Source of the DNA: Candidatus Cloacimonadota bacterium
Lineage (GTDB): Bacteria > Cloacimonadota > Cloacimonadia > Cloacimonadales > GCA-2742885
Reading direction: 5' to 3'
Assembly (NCBI GenBank): GCA_002742885.1
Contig: PDOO01000028.1
Location: 22,849 to 86,848 of the forward strand
DNA length: 64,000 bases
Shown here piece by piece: positions 6,657 to 17,134 of the stretch. Made by a program: the position numbers and the translations under genes. The stretch's first letter is position 1; each line of letters starts with the position of its first letter. The notes beneath the pieces are model-generated. The model had not been told where the DNA came from. It worked only from the letters and a program-made list of their open reading frames with translations, and ran no database searches.

Positions 6657-9635
6657 ATGAAAGTTTTAAAAACCTTGAGCTTTATACTTATTTTAATGTT
6701 AACGGCTCAGATTTCTTTTGCCGTCTCCGGCAAGGTTACGGGAACAGTTAAAAATTCGGATAACGGTAAGAAAATTGCAAATGCCGCAGTTTTTTTGGTT
6801 GGAACGGAATTCGGCGATTATTCTGATGTTAAAGGTCATTTTTTAATTGAAAATGTTCCTGAAGGAGAATATTCCGTTCGTGTTACTCTTCTCGGATTTA
6901 AATCCGAAGACGTAAAAGTTAATGTTAAGGGAAATCAAACTCAAACCGTTAATATCAGCGTTAAATCAGCGGATGTTGAACTTGAATCTTTCACCGTTTC
7001 CGCTACGCGAGCCAAAGAACGCGAAACACCGGTTGCTTTCAGCAATGTTACGAAAGAAGAAATTTTAAATAAAGCGACTACCGAAGATATGCCGGAATTA
7101 TTGGATGATACACCGGGTTTATTTTCAAGTTCGACAGGTTTGGGAGAATCAGAAATTACCATGCGCGGTTTTGAAGCCGATAAAATCCAAATTTTGATTA
7201 ACGGCATTCCCGTAAATGATCCGGAAAGTCAAAAAGTTTATTGGTCAAATTGGACGGGAATTTCTTCCAATGCCAAGTCGGTTCAGGTTCAACGGGGAGC
7301 CGGTTCTTCGATGTACGGTTCCGGAGCATTCGGCGGATCTATCAATATTGAAACGATAGAAGCCGATCCTAAACATGAATTTACTTTAAGAACTTCCGGA
7401 GGATATTTTTTTACGGACGGAAAATCGGCAGACGGCAACGGAAATATAGACGATTATCGACCGGGCAATTATAATGTGCAGCTTAAATACAGCAGCGGAC
7501 ATCTCTATAGAGGAAAATTTAATTATAACTTAACTGCTGAACGTAAAGCCGGAGATTCTTATCTGCGGGGAACAGACTATGACGGTTGGTCTTTCGGAGT
7601 TGAAACTCAATCTGTATTCGGAGATCACAGTTTTAATCTCAGTTTTATCGGAGCTCCTCAGGAACATCATAACACTTATACAAAAAATGATGAAGAATTG
7701 ATGAAAGTTTTGGGACGAGAATATAATCGAGCCAATACTCCGGCTCAAAAAAATACTTATTATAAACCGCAAATATCTCTTCGTCATGAATGGACAATAA
7801 GCGATGAAAGCAAAGTTCTCTCTAATCTTTTTTATACTTCCGGAACCGGAGGCGGTCGTTATTGGTCGCAAGATAATTTTAATGTTGAGAACGGTGAGGT
7901 TACTCAAAAAGAATTATTTGACTGGGATGCTCAAAATGCCGCTTTCGGATCTCATGCTTTATACGTTTTCGAGCAAACAAACGGAGAATGCATGATGGAA
8001 GGATTTGAAGCGGATACATCTGCTGCCGGAACAGTAAAATATTATTATAACGGCAAGAGAATCAGAAGAGCTGATAATCTTTTCGCTTCTCCCAAACGTT
8101 ATGACATGACTTGGACAAATTATTCTGTAAGTAACCATAAACAATACGGATTTAATACTTATTATGAAAATCAAATTACGGACGGGTTTAAACTTATTAT
8201 GGGCGGAGAAGCTCGCTATTGGGATGCTGATCACTATCGAGAAATAGAAGATTTCCGTTACAACGCTTTGATTGACTCAGTGTACGAAGATGCCGATACC
8301 GTCGCTTTGGGAAATCATTCCGTGTTGGAAAGATCATACGATTACACCTCAAAAGTTTTGAATGCATCTGCTTTTGCCAGATTCCAGATTAAACCTGTTG
8401 ACGACGTAACATTGCTTTTGGACGGTCAGTTTGCGCGCTATTCTTCCGAAATAGAAGAAAATCCCATTAAATATTATGATTTAGAAACAGGCAACCCGAC
8501 GGATTTCTCTTATTACACTTCCAAAGAAGATAAAGATGAAAACGGTAACTTGAAATTTGACGAAGATGATTATAAAAAAGTTTTTAAATTTTTCTCTCCC
8601 AAATTCGGGGTGAATTGGAACCTAACTGAAGAAATTAACATGATTTCCAATTATTCCATAGCTTACAAAGAACCCAAAACCCGAGACTGGTATCACAGTT
8701 ACGACGGTCCCGACGGACGACAAATGTACACTGTCAGCAAGGTGAAAATGAACGAAGAAACCGGACTTTGGGAAGATTACGAGGAAGATGTTTATTACGG
8801 TGAACTTGATCCCGAACAAATAAATACCATAGAATTCGGTTTCGGTTACCATTCTTATATTTTCGGAGGAAAATTCAAATGCGGAGCAAATTACTATAAC
8901 AGTAAATATACCGATAAAATAGAACGAGCCGATATTTCCGTTGTCAATGAATACGCATCTCCGGCAGGCGACAGTACTTATACCGACGAAAGAAGCGCCT
9001 CTGTTACCATTAATGCCGGTAAAGCTCGCCATCAGGGCGTGGAAGCTGACTTCAGTTACAAACTCGGACAATGGGATGCGAACGGTTCCGCTACTTGGGC
9101 TCACAACCGCTGGATTTCGATGAGCGTAGGAGAAATTTTCGGAGTAAATTCTGAAGACATGAAAGATAAGACGGTTCCGTATTCTCCCGAAATAATGATA
9201 AATTCCGCTTTGGGATACACTTTTGATTTTAATAACGAATCTGACCTCAGAGTCGGCATGAATCATAAATATTGGGACGGCTATTATGCCAACCATGCAA
9301 ATGAATATGCCGTTTTCGGTGATCCTGAAAGTCAAGTAGCCACTGACACGCTTTCCTCTAAATTACCCGACTTCAGCGAATTTTCATTAAATTTAAGATA
9401 TGCTTTCAAACTTAACAACAAAGATTGTTCTGTCAGATTGGATATCAATAACGTTTTCAATCAGAAAAATTATTCTTCGGCAAGAGTATCGAAAGATTAT
9501 AACAGGGGTACTTATGTTGAAAACGAAGACGGAGAAACTGTTTGGGAATATGACGAATGGAGAGGTAAATATAAGCTTTATTACACTCCGGCTCCTTTAC
9601 TTAATCTGTTCCTGACCATGGAATATAAATTCTAA
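6657..9635 (+). CDS. TonB-dependent outer-membrane receptor with N-terminal CarboxypepD_reg-like domain
   Basis: Signal peptide, then the GKVTGTVKN..AAVFLVGT carboxypeptidase-regulatory-like fold. Plug motifs (ITMRGF, ILINGIPVND), a long beta-rich barrel and a C-terminal aromatic residue (..MEYKF). Confidence 0.9.
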   Translation: MKVLKTLSFILILMLTAQISFAVSGKVTGTVKNSDNGKKIANAAVFLVGTEFGDYSDVKGHFLIENVPEGEYSVRVTLLGFKSEDVKVNVKGNQTQTVNISVKSADVELESFTVSATRAKERETPVAFSNVTKEEILNKATTEDMPELLDDTPGLFSSSTGLGESEITMRGFEADKIQILINGIPVNDPESQKVYWSNWTGISSNAKSVQVQRGAGSSMYGSGAFGGSINIETIEADPKHEFTLRTSGGYFFTDGKSADGNGNIDDYRPGNYNVQLKYSSGHLYRGKFNYNLTAERKAGDSYLRGTDYDGWSFGVETQSVFGDHSFNLSFIGAPQEHHNTYTKNDEELMKVLGREYNRANTPAQKNTYYKPQISLRHEWTISDESKVLSNLFYTSGTGGGRYWSQDNFNVENGEVTQKELFDWDAQNAAFGSHALYVFEQTNGECMMEGFEADTSAAGTVKYYYNGKRIRRADNLFASPKRYDMTWTNYSVSNHKQYGFNTYYENQITDGFKLIMGGEARYWDADHYREIEDFRYNALIDSVYEDADTVALGNHSVLERSYDYTSKVLNASAFARFQIKPVDDVTLLLDGQFARYSSEIEENPIKYYDLETGNPTDFSYYTSKEDKDENGNLKFDEDDYKKVFKFFSPKFGVNWNLTEEINMISNYSIAYKEPKTRDWYHSYDGPDGRQMYTVSKVKMNEETGLWEDYEEDVYYGELDPEQINTIEFGFGYHSYIFGGKFKCGANYYNSKYTDKIERADISVVNEYASPAGDSTYTDERSASVTINAGKARHQGVEADFSYKLGQWDANGSATWAHNRWISMSVGEIFGVNSEDMKDKTVPYSPEIMINSALGYTFDFNNESDLRVGMNHKYWDGYYANHANEYAVFGDPESQVATDTLSSKLPDFSEFSLNLRYAFKLNNKDCSVRLDINNVFNQKNYSSARVSKDYNRGTYVENEDGETVWEYDEWRGKYKLYYTPAPLLNLFLTMEYKF

Positions 9636-9658
9636 AATCATTGAATTGCCGTTTTTAC

Positions 9659-9703
9659 ATACTTCCGATTACGGGCAACGCCTGCGGTCGGAAGTATTTT
9701 TTT
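9659..9703 (+). terminator. hairpin terminator (10-bp stem ATACTTCCGA/TCGGAAGTAT, 19-nt loop, T-run)
   Basis: Stem 9659-9668/9688-9697, followed by T6. The large loop makes it atypical. Confidence 0.55.
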
Positions 9704-9777
9704 GATTAAAAAGCTGATTTTATATTTTACAAATGAAATTTTATCGGAATTTATTCTTTAATTGACAGTATTTTTAT

Positions 9778-10560
9778 TTGATTAAGTGTGCCTCAGTTGA
9801 AATTTCGGAGGATAAGTTGAAATATTTTTTTATTGCATTACTGATATCCTGTTCCTGTTTGCTGACGGGATTTCAGAATAATGAAAAGCTTAAATTTAAA
9901 ATAAAATACGGTATGATAAGCGCAGGTTATGCGAGCATGACGATAGATACGCTTGTTTTTCGCGATTCCGTCGATTGCTATAAAATTTCCGCTAAAGCCG
10001 AAACAAACGGTTTTTTCGATAAAATTTTTAAAGTGAGAGATAACATTACAAGTATCTGGGATAAAGAAAAAAAAGTATCCAGACAATTTTCCAAAAAGTT
10101 GAGAGAAGGTTCTTATCGGCAAAAGAGAGATCAATATTTTTATCCGGAACAAAATTTTTCTCTTTATCTCAAATGGGATATGAAAAAACATAAAATGAAA
10201 GAAAAAAAACTTGAAATTATTGATAACACGCAAGACATATTAAGCGCTTTTTATTGGACTCGGCAACAAGAATTGAAAGTAGGCGAGAGTAAGTTTATAA
10301 ATGTCTCTGCTGACGGCAAAAATTATAAAGCCGAAGTTAAGGTTCACAGAAAAGAAACCCTGGATACCATATTCGGAACTAAAGAATGCTTTCTCATAGA
10401 ACCTGTTTTGGTGGGAGATGCCATATTTAAGCAGACAGGAAATATTTATATTTGGATTACCGACGATGACTTGAAAGTTCCTGTTTTGATGGAAAGCGAA
10501 GTTGTTTTCGGCAGTTTTAAAGCTGTATTAGAGGAAGCCGATAATGTCTCTTTTGAGTAA
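9778..10560 (+). CDS. DUF3108-like protein (signal peptide; start codon uncertain)
   Basis: EKLKFKIKYGMISAGYASMTI resembles the characteristic DUF3108 N-terminal strand pair. A hydrophobic leader FFIALLISCSCLL is present. The track start is a TTG; an internal TTG near 9816 is equally possible. Confidence 0.55.
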   Translation: MIKCASVEISEDKLKYFFIALLISCSCLLTGFQNNEKLKFKIKYGMISAGYASMTIDTLVFRDSVDCYKISAKAETNGFFDKIFKVRDNITSIWDKEKKVSRQFSKKLREGSYRQKRDQYFYPEQNFSLYLKWDMKKHKMKEKKLEIIDNTQDILSAFYWTRQQELKVGESKFINVSADGKNYKAEVKVHRKETLDTIFGTKECFLIEPVLVGDAIFKQTGNIYIWITDDDLKVPVLMESEVVFGSFKAVLEEADNVSFE

Positions 10561-11575
10561 AAAAAAATATTATTACGATTTACCTGAAAAATTGATAGCA
10601 AAATATCCGGCAGCAGGCAGAAAGTCATCTAGATTATTGAGTTTAAATAAAGAAAGCGGCGAAATAAAGCACGATAAATTTGATAACATAATTAATTATT
10701 TTAGTGAAGGAGATGTCTTGGTTATGAATAATACCAAGGTGATTCCTGCACGACTTTTGGGCAATAAAGATACCGGAGCGGCAGTTGAAATCTTCCTTTT
10801 GAACAGGTTGGGAGAAAAGGAATGGGAATGTCTGGTAAAGCCCGGCAGAAAATTAAAACCGGGAGTTAAGATAAATTTCCGCAATATGTTAACGGCAGAG
10901 ATCATTGCCGAAACAGAAGACGGTAAACGTAAAGTAAAATTTTCTTGGGAAGGATCATTTTTTGATGTTTTGGAGAAAACGGGAGAAATTCCTTTACCGC
11001 CTTATCTGAACAGAAAAGCGGAAGATACTGACCGAGAAACCTATCAAACCGTTTATGCCGAACACGAAGGTTCTGTGGCGGCGCCTACGGCAGGACTTCA
11101 TTTTACGGAAGATATTATAGGCAAGCTCAAAGACAAAGGAGTTATTGTCCTTAATGTGTTGCTGCACGTGGGGCTGGGTACTTTTCGTCCGGTAAAAACC
11201 GATGATATTACTCAACACGTAATGCATTCCGAATATTGTGAAATAAGCGAAGATGTCGCCAAGGCGGTAAATTCCGCCAAAGCGGAAAACAGAAGAGTTA
11301 TTGCCGTGGGAACTACTTCCACTCGCACTCTTGAATCTTTTGCGTCTGACGGAGTTTTGGAATCCGGTAAAAAATGGACTGATATTTTCATTTATCCGGG
11401 TAAAAAATTTCAAATTATCGATGGGCTTGTAACTAATTTTCATATGCCTGAATCAACTTTATTGATGCTTGTTTCTGCTTTTGCCGGATATGAAAAAATG
11501 ATGAATGCTTATCGGGAAGCCGTAGAATCCGAATATCGTTTTTTCAGTTACGGCGATTCTATGATTATATTATAA
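10544..11575 (+). CDS. queA: S-adenosylmethionine:tRNA ribosyltransferase-isomerase
   Basis: YDLPEKLIAKYP N-terminus, AVGTTSTRTLES and THFHMPES-like (TNFHMPEST) motifs. Confidence 0.95.
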   Translation: MSLLSKKKYYYDLPEKLIAKYPAAGRKSSRLLSLNKESGEIKHDKFDNIINYFSEGDVLVMNNTKVIPARLLGNKDTGAAVEIFLLNRLGEKEWECLVKPGRKLKPGVKINFRNMLTAEIIAETEDGKRKVKFSWEGSFFDVLEKTGEIPLPPYLNRKAEDTDRETYQTVYAEHEGSVAAPTAGLHFTEDIIGKLKDKGVIVLNVLLHVGLGTFRPVKTDDITQHVMHSEYCEISEDVAKAVNSAKAENRRVIAVGTTSTRTLESFASDGVLESGKKWTDIFIYPGKKFQIIDGLVTNFHMPESTLLMLVSAFAGYEKMMNAYREAVESEYRFFSYGDSMIIL

Positions 11576-11591
11576 TTCGGGAGATAAATAT

Positions 11592-12332
11592 ATGGAGCAT
11601 CCTTTTTTCGACAGCATAAAAAAATTTAAAAAAACAGGAAGTACGCATAAAAAAGCGGAAAGTCTGATAAAAAGCAGAGAAATATCCGGTAATTTTTTGC
11701 TTACGGCGGAAACTCAAACTTCCGGCAAAGGAAGGAAAGGAAATAAGTGGGATTCTCCGGAAGGCGGTATTTGGCTGTCAGCCGGGTGCTACGGGTTGCC
11801 GGTTTCTTCCAATTTAACTGTTTATACGGGAATTATTATTCACCGGGTTTTGAGCAGAATTTTGCCTGAATCTGAAAATAAGCTTAAAATAAAATGGCCC
11901 AACGATATTTATTACGACGGCAAAAAATTATGCGGAATTATTGCTTCTTGTCTTTCTCAACAGAAATATCATGTTTTGGGAATAGGCATAAACACAAATT
12001 TTGAAATTTTTGATGAGAGCATTGCCGAAAATGCCGTCTCTACCTTGCAAATATTAAATAAAAAAATCGATAATGATGAATTGATATGTAAAATTTTTAC
12101 CGAATTTTCCGAATTATTGCCTGAATTTGTTGAAAAGGGATTGGCTCCTTATTTGAAATATTATGCCGAAAAATCTTTTCTGATAAATAAAAAAGTAGAA
12201 CTGAAAACGGAGTTTGAATCTTACTCGGGAATTGCTCTCGGCATCAATAAAAAAGGAGCCTTAAAAATTCGTCTTGCGGGCGGAATGATTCAGCCTTTCT
12301 TTGGCGGAACCATTGTGAAAACTGAAAATTAA
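11592..12332 (+). CDS. birA: biotin--[acetyl-CoA-carboxylase] ligase (class I, no N-terminal HTH)
   Basis: GKGRKGNKWDSPEGG matches the GRGRxGRxWxSP biotin-ligase loop. About 246 aa, lacking a repressor domain. Confidence 0.85.
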   Translation: MEHPFFDSIKKFKKTGSTHKKAESLIKSREISGNFLLTAETQTSGKGRKGNKWDSPEGGIWLSAGCYGLPVSSNLTVYTGIIIHRVLSRILPESENKLKIKWPNDIYYDGKKLCGIIASCLSQQKYHVLGIGINTNFEIFDESIAENAVSTLQILNKKIDNDELICKIFTEFSELLPEFVEKGLAPYLKYYAEKSFLINKKVELKTEFESYSGIALGINKKGALKIRLAGGMIQPFFGGTIVKTEN

Positions 12333-12342
12333 CGGAGGTATT

Positions 12343-12645
12343 ATGTTAACCGGACAACAAAAAATGAAATTGAGAAAACTTGCCCACGATCTTAAACCTG
12401 TTATCATGATAGGGAAAACCGGTTTTTCCGAAAGCGTTAAAACAGCTTTGGAAGAAGCTTTGGAAGCTCATGAATTAATTAAGCTTAAGTTTATTGATTT
12501 TAAAGAAGAAAAAAAGAACATGGCGTATAAAATAGCTGCCGAAAGCGGAGCTGATATTGTCGGTTTGATCGGTAATATATTGATTTTATATCGTCCTTGT
12601 TCCGATGAAAACAAACGAAAAATTAAGCTTAATCAAGTAAGTTAA
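12343..12645 (+). CDS. yhbY: YhbY-family (CRM domain) RNA-binding protein
   Basis: 100 aa with LRKLAHDLKPVIMIGKTG..ALEAHELIKLKF, typical of YhbY. Confidence 0.85.
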   Translation: MLTGQQKMKLRKLAHDLKPVIMIGKTGFSESVKTALEEALEAHELIKLKFIDFKEEKKNMAYKIAAESGADIVGLIGNILILYRPCSDENKRKIKLNQVS

Positions 12646-12838
12646 ATATAAAAAACAATTTAAATTTTCCGACTCTAAACATAAATAATTGCGTAAATAT
12701 TTAATCGGTTGACAAATATATATTTACGATAATATTTGTTTTCGTTTGCCGAGAGCAGCGTGTTTCCTGTTTTAAATCTTTTTGTTATATATTGAATCAA
12801 CGGATAAAACAGCAATTCGGGAGTGTTGAAATAATATT

Positions 12839-13591
12839 ATGAAAATTACTCTTAACGGTTACGGACAAATGGGACGAATTACGGAGTCAGTCGCTTCTTC
12901 TTACGGTTGTGAGATTGTTGCGAAAGTTGATCCTTTTGTGTACGGTTGTCATGCTGAAATGACAAAAGAAATTTTATCCGAAACTGATGTCGTTATTGAT
13001 TTTTCTCTTCCGGAAAACTTGCTTGATAATATCTCTTTCTGCCTTAAAAATAACACTCCTGTTGTTATCGGAACTACCGGCTGGACGGATCATCTTGATT
13101 TTATCGTTGAAAAATCCGAAGAATATAAAACGCCGGTAATTTGGGGATCAAATTTCTCGATAGGCATGAATTTATTTTTTTCTCTGACCGAAAAAGCTGC
13201 CGAGTTGATGACAAAGATCAAAGATTACGATCCCTACGGCATAGAATATCACCATAAAAAGAAATCTGACAGTCCTTCGGGAACCGCTTTGACTTTATGT
13301 CGAAAAATACTTAAACATTACCCTGACAAAGTTTATCAATTTGATCGGATTAATCGAGTTAAGCAGGAAAACGAATTGCATTTTGCTTCGGTCAGAGCCG
13401 GATTTTTCCCGGGAACCCATAAAATCGGTTTTGATTCGAATTATGACACTGTAAATATTGAACATATTGCTCGAACCAGAGAGGGATTTGCGGCAGGAGC
13501 GATTTTAGCCGCAAAATGGATTTTCGGTAAATCCGGAGTTTTTGAATTTTGCGAAGTTTTTGACCGCATAACGGATGAGTTATATGATTAA
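12839..13591 (+). CDS. dapB: 4-hydroxy-tetrahydrodipicolinate reductase
   Basis: GYGQMGR NAD motif and EYHHKKKSDSPSGTAL (E-HH-K-D-PSGTA signature). Confidence 0.9.
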   Translation: MKITLNGYGQMGRITESVASSYGCEIVAKVDPFVYGCHAEMTKEILSETDVVIDFSLPENLLDNISFCLKNNTPVVIGTTGWTDHLDFIVEKSEEYKTPVIWGSNFSIGMNLFFSLTEKAAELMTKIKDYDPYGIEYHHKKKSDSPSGTALTLCRKILKHYPDKVYQFDRINRVKQENELHFASVRAGFFPGTHKIGFDSNYDTVNIEHIARTREGFAAGAILAAKWIFGKSGVFEFCEVFDRITDELYD

Positions 13592-14363
13592 ATTTATAAA
13601 GATGAGCGCTCAGGGAAACGATTATATTTATCTTGATCGAACAAAAAATGTTTACCATGAGCTTAATTTTTCCGAATTGGCAATTAAAATATCTGATCGC
13701 AATTTCGGCATAGGAAGCGACGGATTGGTTATTATTGATAATTCAGATGTTGCCGATGCGGCTTTACGCATTTTTAATTCCGACGGGAGCGAAGCGGCAA
13801 TGTGCGGTTCTGCGATAAGATCAGCTGTTGCTTACCTGTTAAAGTCAATTAATTTTTCCAAAGAATCTCTTTCTTTGGAAACTCTTTCCGGAATAAAATA
13901 CGGGTTTATGAAAGATCGTTCTGATTTAAATGTATCCGTTGATATGGGTAAAGTTGAAATTATCGGGAATTATGAAGTTTACGGAAGGCAAGGTTCAAAA
14001 ATTTCCGTCGGAAATCTTCATTTTGTCGTTTATTCCGAAAATCCTGCTGAAGATTGTTTAAAAAACGGACAGTTATTTTCAAGTTATTTTAAAGACGGAA
14101 TAAATGTTGAATTTATTAAGATAATTAATGAAAATGAAATAGAAATGAGTGTTTGGGAGAGGGGAAGCGGAATAACTTTAGCATGCGGAACGGGAAGTTG
14201 CGCCGTTTTCATAAAAGCTTTTAAAGACGGAAAAGCAGATTCTTCCGTAAAAATAAATGTTCCGGGAGGAACGGTTTATTGCCGTTATGATAAAAATACC
14301 GGGAACGTCTATTTGGAGGGTGATGTTAAAATAATTGCCTCCGGAGAATATTTTTGGGAGTAA
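13575..14363 (+). CDS. dapF: diaminopimelate epimerase
   Basis: KMSAQGNDYIY N-terminus and the two catalytic-Cys motifs MCGSAIRS and ACGTGSCA. The start could also be ATG 13584. Confidence 0.9.
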   Translation: MSYMIKFIKMSAQGNDYIYLDRTKNVYHELNFSELAIKISDRNFGIGSDGLVIIDNSDVADAALRIFNSDGSEAAMCGSAIRSAVAYLLKSINFSKESLSLETLSGIKYGFMKDRSDLNVSVDMGKVEIIGNYEVYGRQGSKISVGNLHFVVYSENPAEDCLKNGQLFSSYFKDGINVEFIKIINENEIEMSVWERGSGITLACGTGSCAVFIKAFKDGKADSSVKINVPGGTVYCRYDKNTGNVYLEGDVKIIASGEYFWE

Positions 14364-14367
14364 AATT

Positions 14368-14997
14368 ATGAAAGATATAGGACTTCATCTGAAAGAATTA
14401 CGTGAAAAGAAAAATCTTTCTATTGAAAAAGTTGCGGCTGAAACAAGAATGAAAAGTTATATAATTGAAGAAATAGAGAAAGAAGATTTTGCCGGCAACG
14501 ATGTTCAGGGTTACGGCAGAATTATGCTTTACACTTACGCAAAGTTTCTCGGAGCTGATGCTGATGCCGTTATTAATGAATATGACAAGCGTTACAGCGT
14601 GAAAAACGTAGTCAGGGAAATTTCCAGTTTCGGAGAAGGCGAGAAAAAATTAATGATTCCTCATCATTTTATTTATATAAGCCTTATTGTTGCATTTGCT
14701 CTTATTCTGGCGCTTATTCTTTTCAACTTTCATAAAAAAGGTATGCTTGAATCTCCGTTTAAAAAAGAGAATATAATCGAGAAAAAAGAAAATAGAGAGA
14801 AAATTAAATCCAGAAAAGCACAAATAAAATCAAAAATATTAAATGCAAATATAGCTGTTATCGAAGGTAAAAAAGAACCTGAAAAAAACAAGAAAGAAAA
14901 AATTACCGAAAATAAAATAGTTCGGGACGATACCGATTACGTTGAAGAATTGTTATTTAAAAACAATAATTCGGTTTTCAACGTTAAAGATAATTGA
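14368..14997 (+). CDS. RodZ-like HTH (XRE-type) membrane protein
   Basis: GGGAG RBS before ATG 14368 (track start 14335 rejected). N-terminal HTH (LKELREKKNLSIEKVAAETRMK), a single TM (IYISLIVAFALILALILF) and a Lys/Glu-rich tail. Confidence 0.6.
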   Translation: MKDIGLHLKELREKKNLSIEKVAAETRMKSYIIEEIEKEDFAGNDVQGYGRIMLYTYAKFLGADADAVINEYDKRYSVKNVVREISSFGEGEKKLMIPHHFIYISLIVAFALILALILFNFHKKGMLESPFKKENIIEKKENREKIKSRKAQIKSKILNANIAVIEGKKEPEKNKKEKITENKIVRDDTDYVEELLFKNNNSVFNVKDN

Positions 14998-15128
14998 GTT
15001 TAGATACACATTTTTTTTTGTTATTTGTAACTCAAAATATGATTTTGATGCTTACATACTGATTTCATTCAATTTTACAGTGAAAATTTTATTTAAATCT
15101 GCGTGAAATACATATATTATTTGAGGTA

Positions 15129-16049
15129 TTGATGTATAAAATTTTGATTCACGGAGGAGCTGGAACCATTTCCCGAAAAACATCTCCGGATATAAAAAAG
15201 CAATATAAAATAGGTTTGGAAAGGGCTGTTGTTGCCGGCATGAATATTCTTGCTGAAGGCGGAGATGCTCTTGCCGCCGTTGTTGAAGCAGTAAAGTCAA
15301 TGGAAGACAATCCTTTGTTTAATGCCGGTAAAGGAGCTGTTTTTACCAATGACGAAAAACATGAATTAGATGCTTCGGTTATGGACGGAAAGACTTTGAA
15401 ATGCGGAGCGGTTTGCGGAGTTAAGAAAGTTAAAAATCCGGTTCTTTTGGCAGAAAAAATATTATGGGAAAGCCGACATATCCTTATGGCTGCCGACGGA
15501 GCAGAAAGATTTGCTGAACAACACGGATTTGAAATGGTGGAGAATAATTATTTTGATACGGAAAAGAGACGAAGTCAATTGGAAAAAGCCAAAACCGGAG
15601 GCAAAATCTGTCGAGATCATGATTTGAACGATGATGCCAAAGGAACGGTCGGAGCAGTTGCGTTGGACAGCCGAGGAAATCTTGCGGCGGCAACTTCAAC
15701 CGGCGGCGTTACCGGTAAAATGTTCGGTCGAGTGGGAGATTCTCCTATAATAGGAAGCGGAACTTATGCCAATAACCGAAGTTGTGCCGTTTCATGTACG
15801 GGATTCGGAGAAGAATTTATAACAAAAGTTGTTGCTTACGACTTGCATGCCCGAATGATTTACAGGAACAAGAGTTTGGAAGAAGCTGCTTCGGAAATTG
15901 TAAAATCTCATCTTATTCCTGACAGCGGAGGTTTGATTGCAATCGACAAATGGGGAAATGCAGTTGCAAAATTTAATTCTCTCGGCATGTTCAGAGCAAG
16001 CGCCGACAAATCCGGGATTAATGAAATAAAAATTTGGGATGAAGAGTAA
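15129..16049 (+). CDS. iaaA: isoaspartyl peptidase / L-asparaginase (Ntn-hydrolase, Asparaginase_2)
   Basis: IHGGAGT N-terminus, autoproteolysis site DAKGTVGAVALD and GGVTGK motif. Confidence 0.9.
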   Translation: MMYKILIHGGAGTISRKTSPDIKKQYKIGLERAVVAGMNILAEGGDALAAVVEAVKSMEDNPLFNAGKGAVFTNDEKHELDASVMDGKTLKCGAVCGVKKVKNPVLLAEKILWESRHILMAADGAERFAEQHGFEMVENNYFDTEKRRSQLEKAKTGGKICRDHDLNDDAKGTVGAVALDSRGNLAAATSTGGVTGKMFGRVGDSPIIGSGTYANNRSCAVSCTGFGEEFITKVVAYDLHARMIYRNKSLEEAASEIVKSHLIPDSGGLIAIDKWGNAVAKFNSLGMFRASADKSGINEIKIWDEE

Positions 16050-16064
16050 AACGGGATATTTTTA

Positions 16065-17132
16065 ATGAAAATAACAACTTCCGCGCCCGGCAGAATTTGT
16101 CTGTTCGGCGAACATCAGGATTATTTGAATTTACCGGTTATAACCATGGCTATAGACAGACGGGTTTACGTTACCGGAACAATTAACGACTCAGGAAATA
16201 TAAAAATTGATTTGCCGGATATAAAATCAAAAGAAGAATTTAAAATCGGTAACGGTTTTTTGACATACAATAAAGAAAGAGAATACTTTAAAAGCTGTTT
16301 TAATGTTTTGATGAAAAATAATTTACATCCCGTTTGCGGTATTGAATGTTCGGTTTGCGGAAATATTCCCATCAACTCGGGAACATCATCTTCATCTGCT
16401 TTGAATAATGCCTGGATTGCTTTTTTATTGAAGGCAGGCGATAATTTTTCTAAAATAAAAGCCCATGAATTGGGTTTTTTGTCTTATCTGGCTGAAGTTG
16501 AAGAATTTAAAGAAGCCGGCGGCATGATGGATCAGATTGCCTGTGCCGCAGGAGGCGCTAAATTCATAGAATTCGGAGAAATCAGACCGAAAATTTCTGA
16601 TCTTGAGATCATTCCCGGAACTTTTGTTTTAGGAGATTCTCTGCAACCTAAAGATACTCAAAAAATTCTGTCTGAGACTAAAATTCCCGCTTTGAGAGGA
16701 TTGGAGAAACTTAAATCCGCAGAACCTCATTTGAATTTTAAAAACATTAAATTAAAAGATATTGAGATAAATCGGAAAGTTTTGACTGAAAAAGAGAGAA
16801 TAATTTTAACGGGAGCCGTAAAAAACAGGGATTTGACTTTGGAAGCTTTGTCTGAATTTCAATCTCCAAACCCCGATTGGAAAAAAACGGGAGAAATGCT
16901 GACTGCTTTACATGAGATTTTATCCGCAGATTTAAGAATAAGCACTGAAAAGATTGATCGAATGGTTAAAAGCGCTCTTAAAGCCGGAGCGATCGGCGGT
17001 AAAATAAACGGTTCCGGCGGAGGAGGCTGCATGTTTGCCTATGCTCCCGATAATCCCGCTAAAGTTAAAGAAGCAATTGAAAATGAAGGCGGAAAAGCTT
17101 GGATAATCAGAAGCGATGTCGGTGTTTTGTGA
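16065..17132 (+). CDS. GHMP-family sugar kinase (galactokinase-like)
   Basis: APGRICLFGEHQDYL (galactokinase-type signature), PINSGTSSSSAL GHMP ATP motif and a C-terminal GSGGGGC motif. Substrate not assignable. Confidence 0.8.
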   Translation: MKITTSAPGRICLFGEHQDYLNLPVITMAIDRRVYVTGTINDSGNIKIDLPDIKSKEEFKIGNGFLTYNKEREYFKSCFNVLMKNNLHPVCGIECSVCGNIPINSGTSSSSALNNAWIAFLLKAGDNFSKIKAHELGFLSYLAEVEEFKEAGGMMDQIACAAGGAKFIEFGEIRPKISDLEIIPGTFVLGDSLQPKDTQKILSETKIPALRGLEKLKSAEPHLNFKNIKLKDIEINRKVLTEKERIILTGAVKNRDLTLEALSEFQSPNPDWKKTGEMLTALHEILSADLRISTEKIDRMVKSALKAGAIGGKINGSGGGGCMFAYAPDNPAKVKEAIENEGGKAWIIRSDVGVL

Positions 17133-17134
17133 TG

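Noticed and set aside
12646-12838. Possible lysine riboswitch or leader in the 193-nt region upstream of dapB. It also contains TTGACA at 12709-12714 with TAATAT/ATATTT candidates downstream.
   Set aside because: I could not see the conserved L-box helices or motifs by eye. The promoter hexamers have ambiguous spacing (15-17 nt) in AT-rich sequence. Not supportable without covariance-model scanning.
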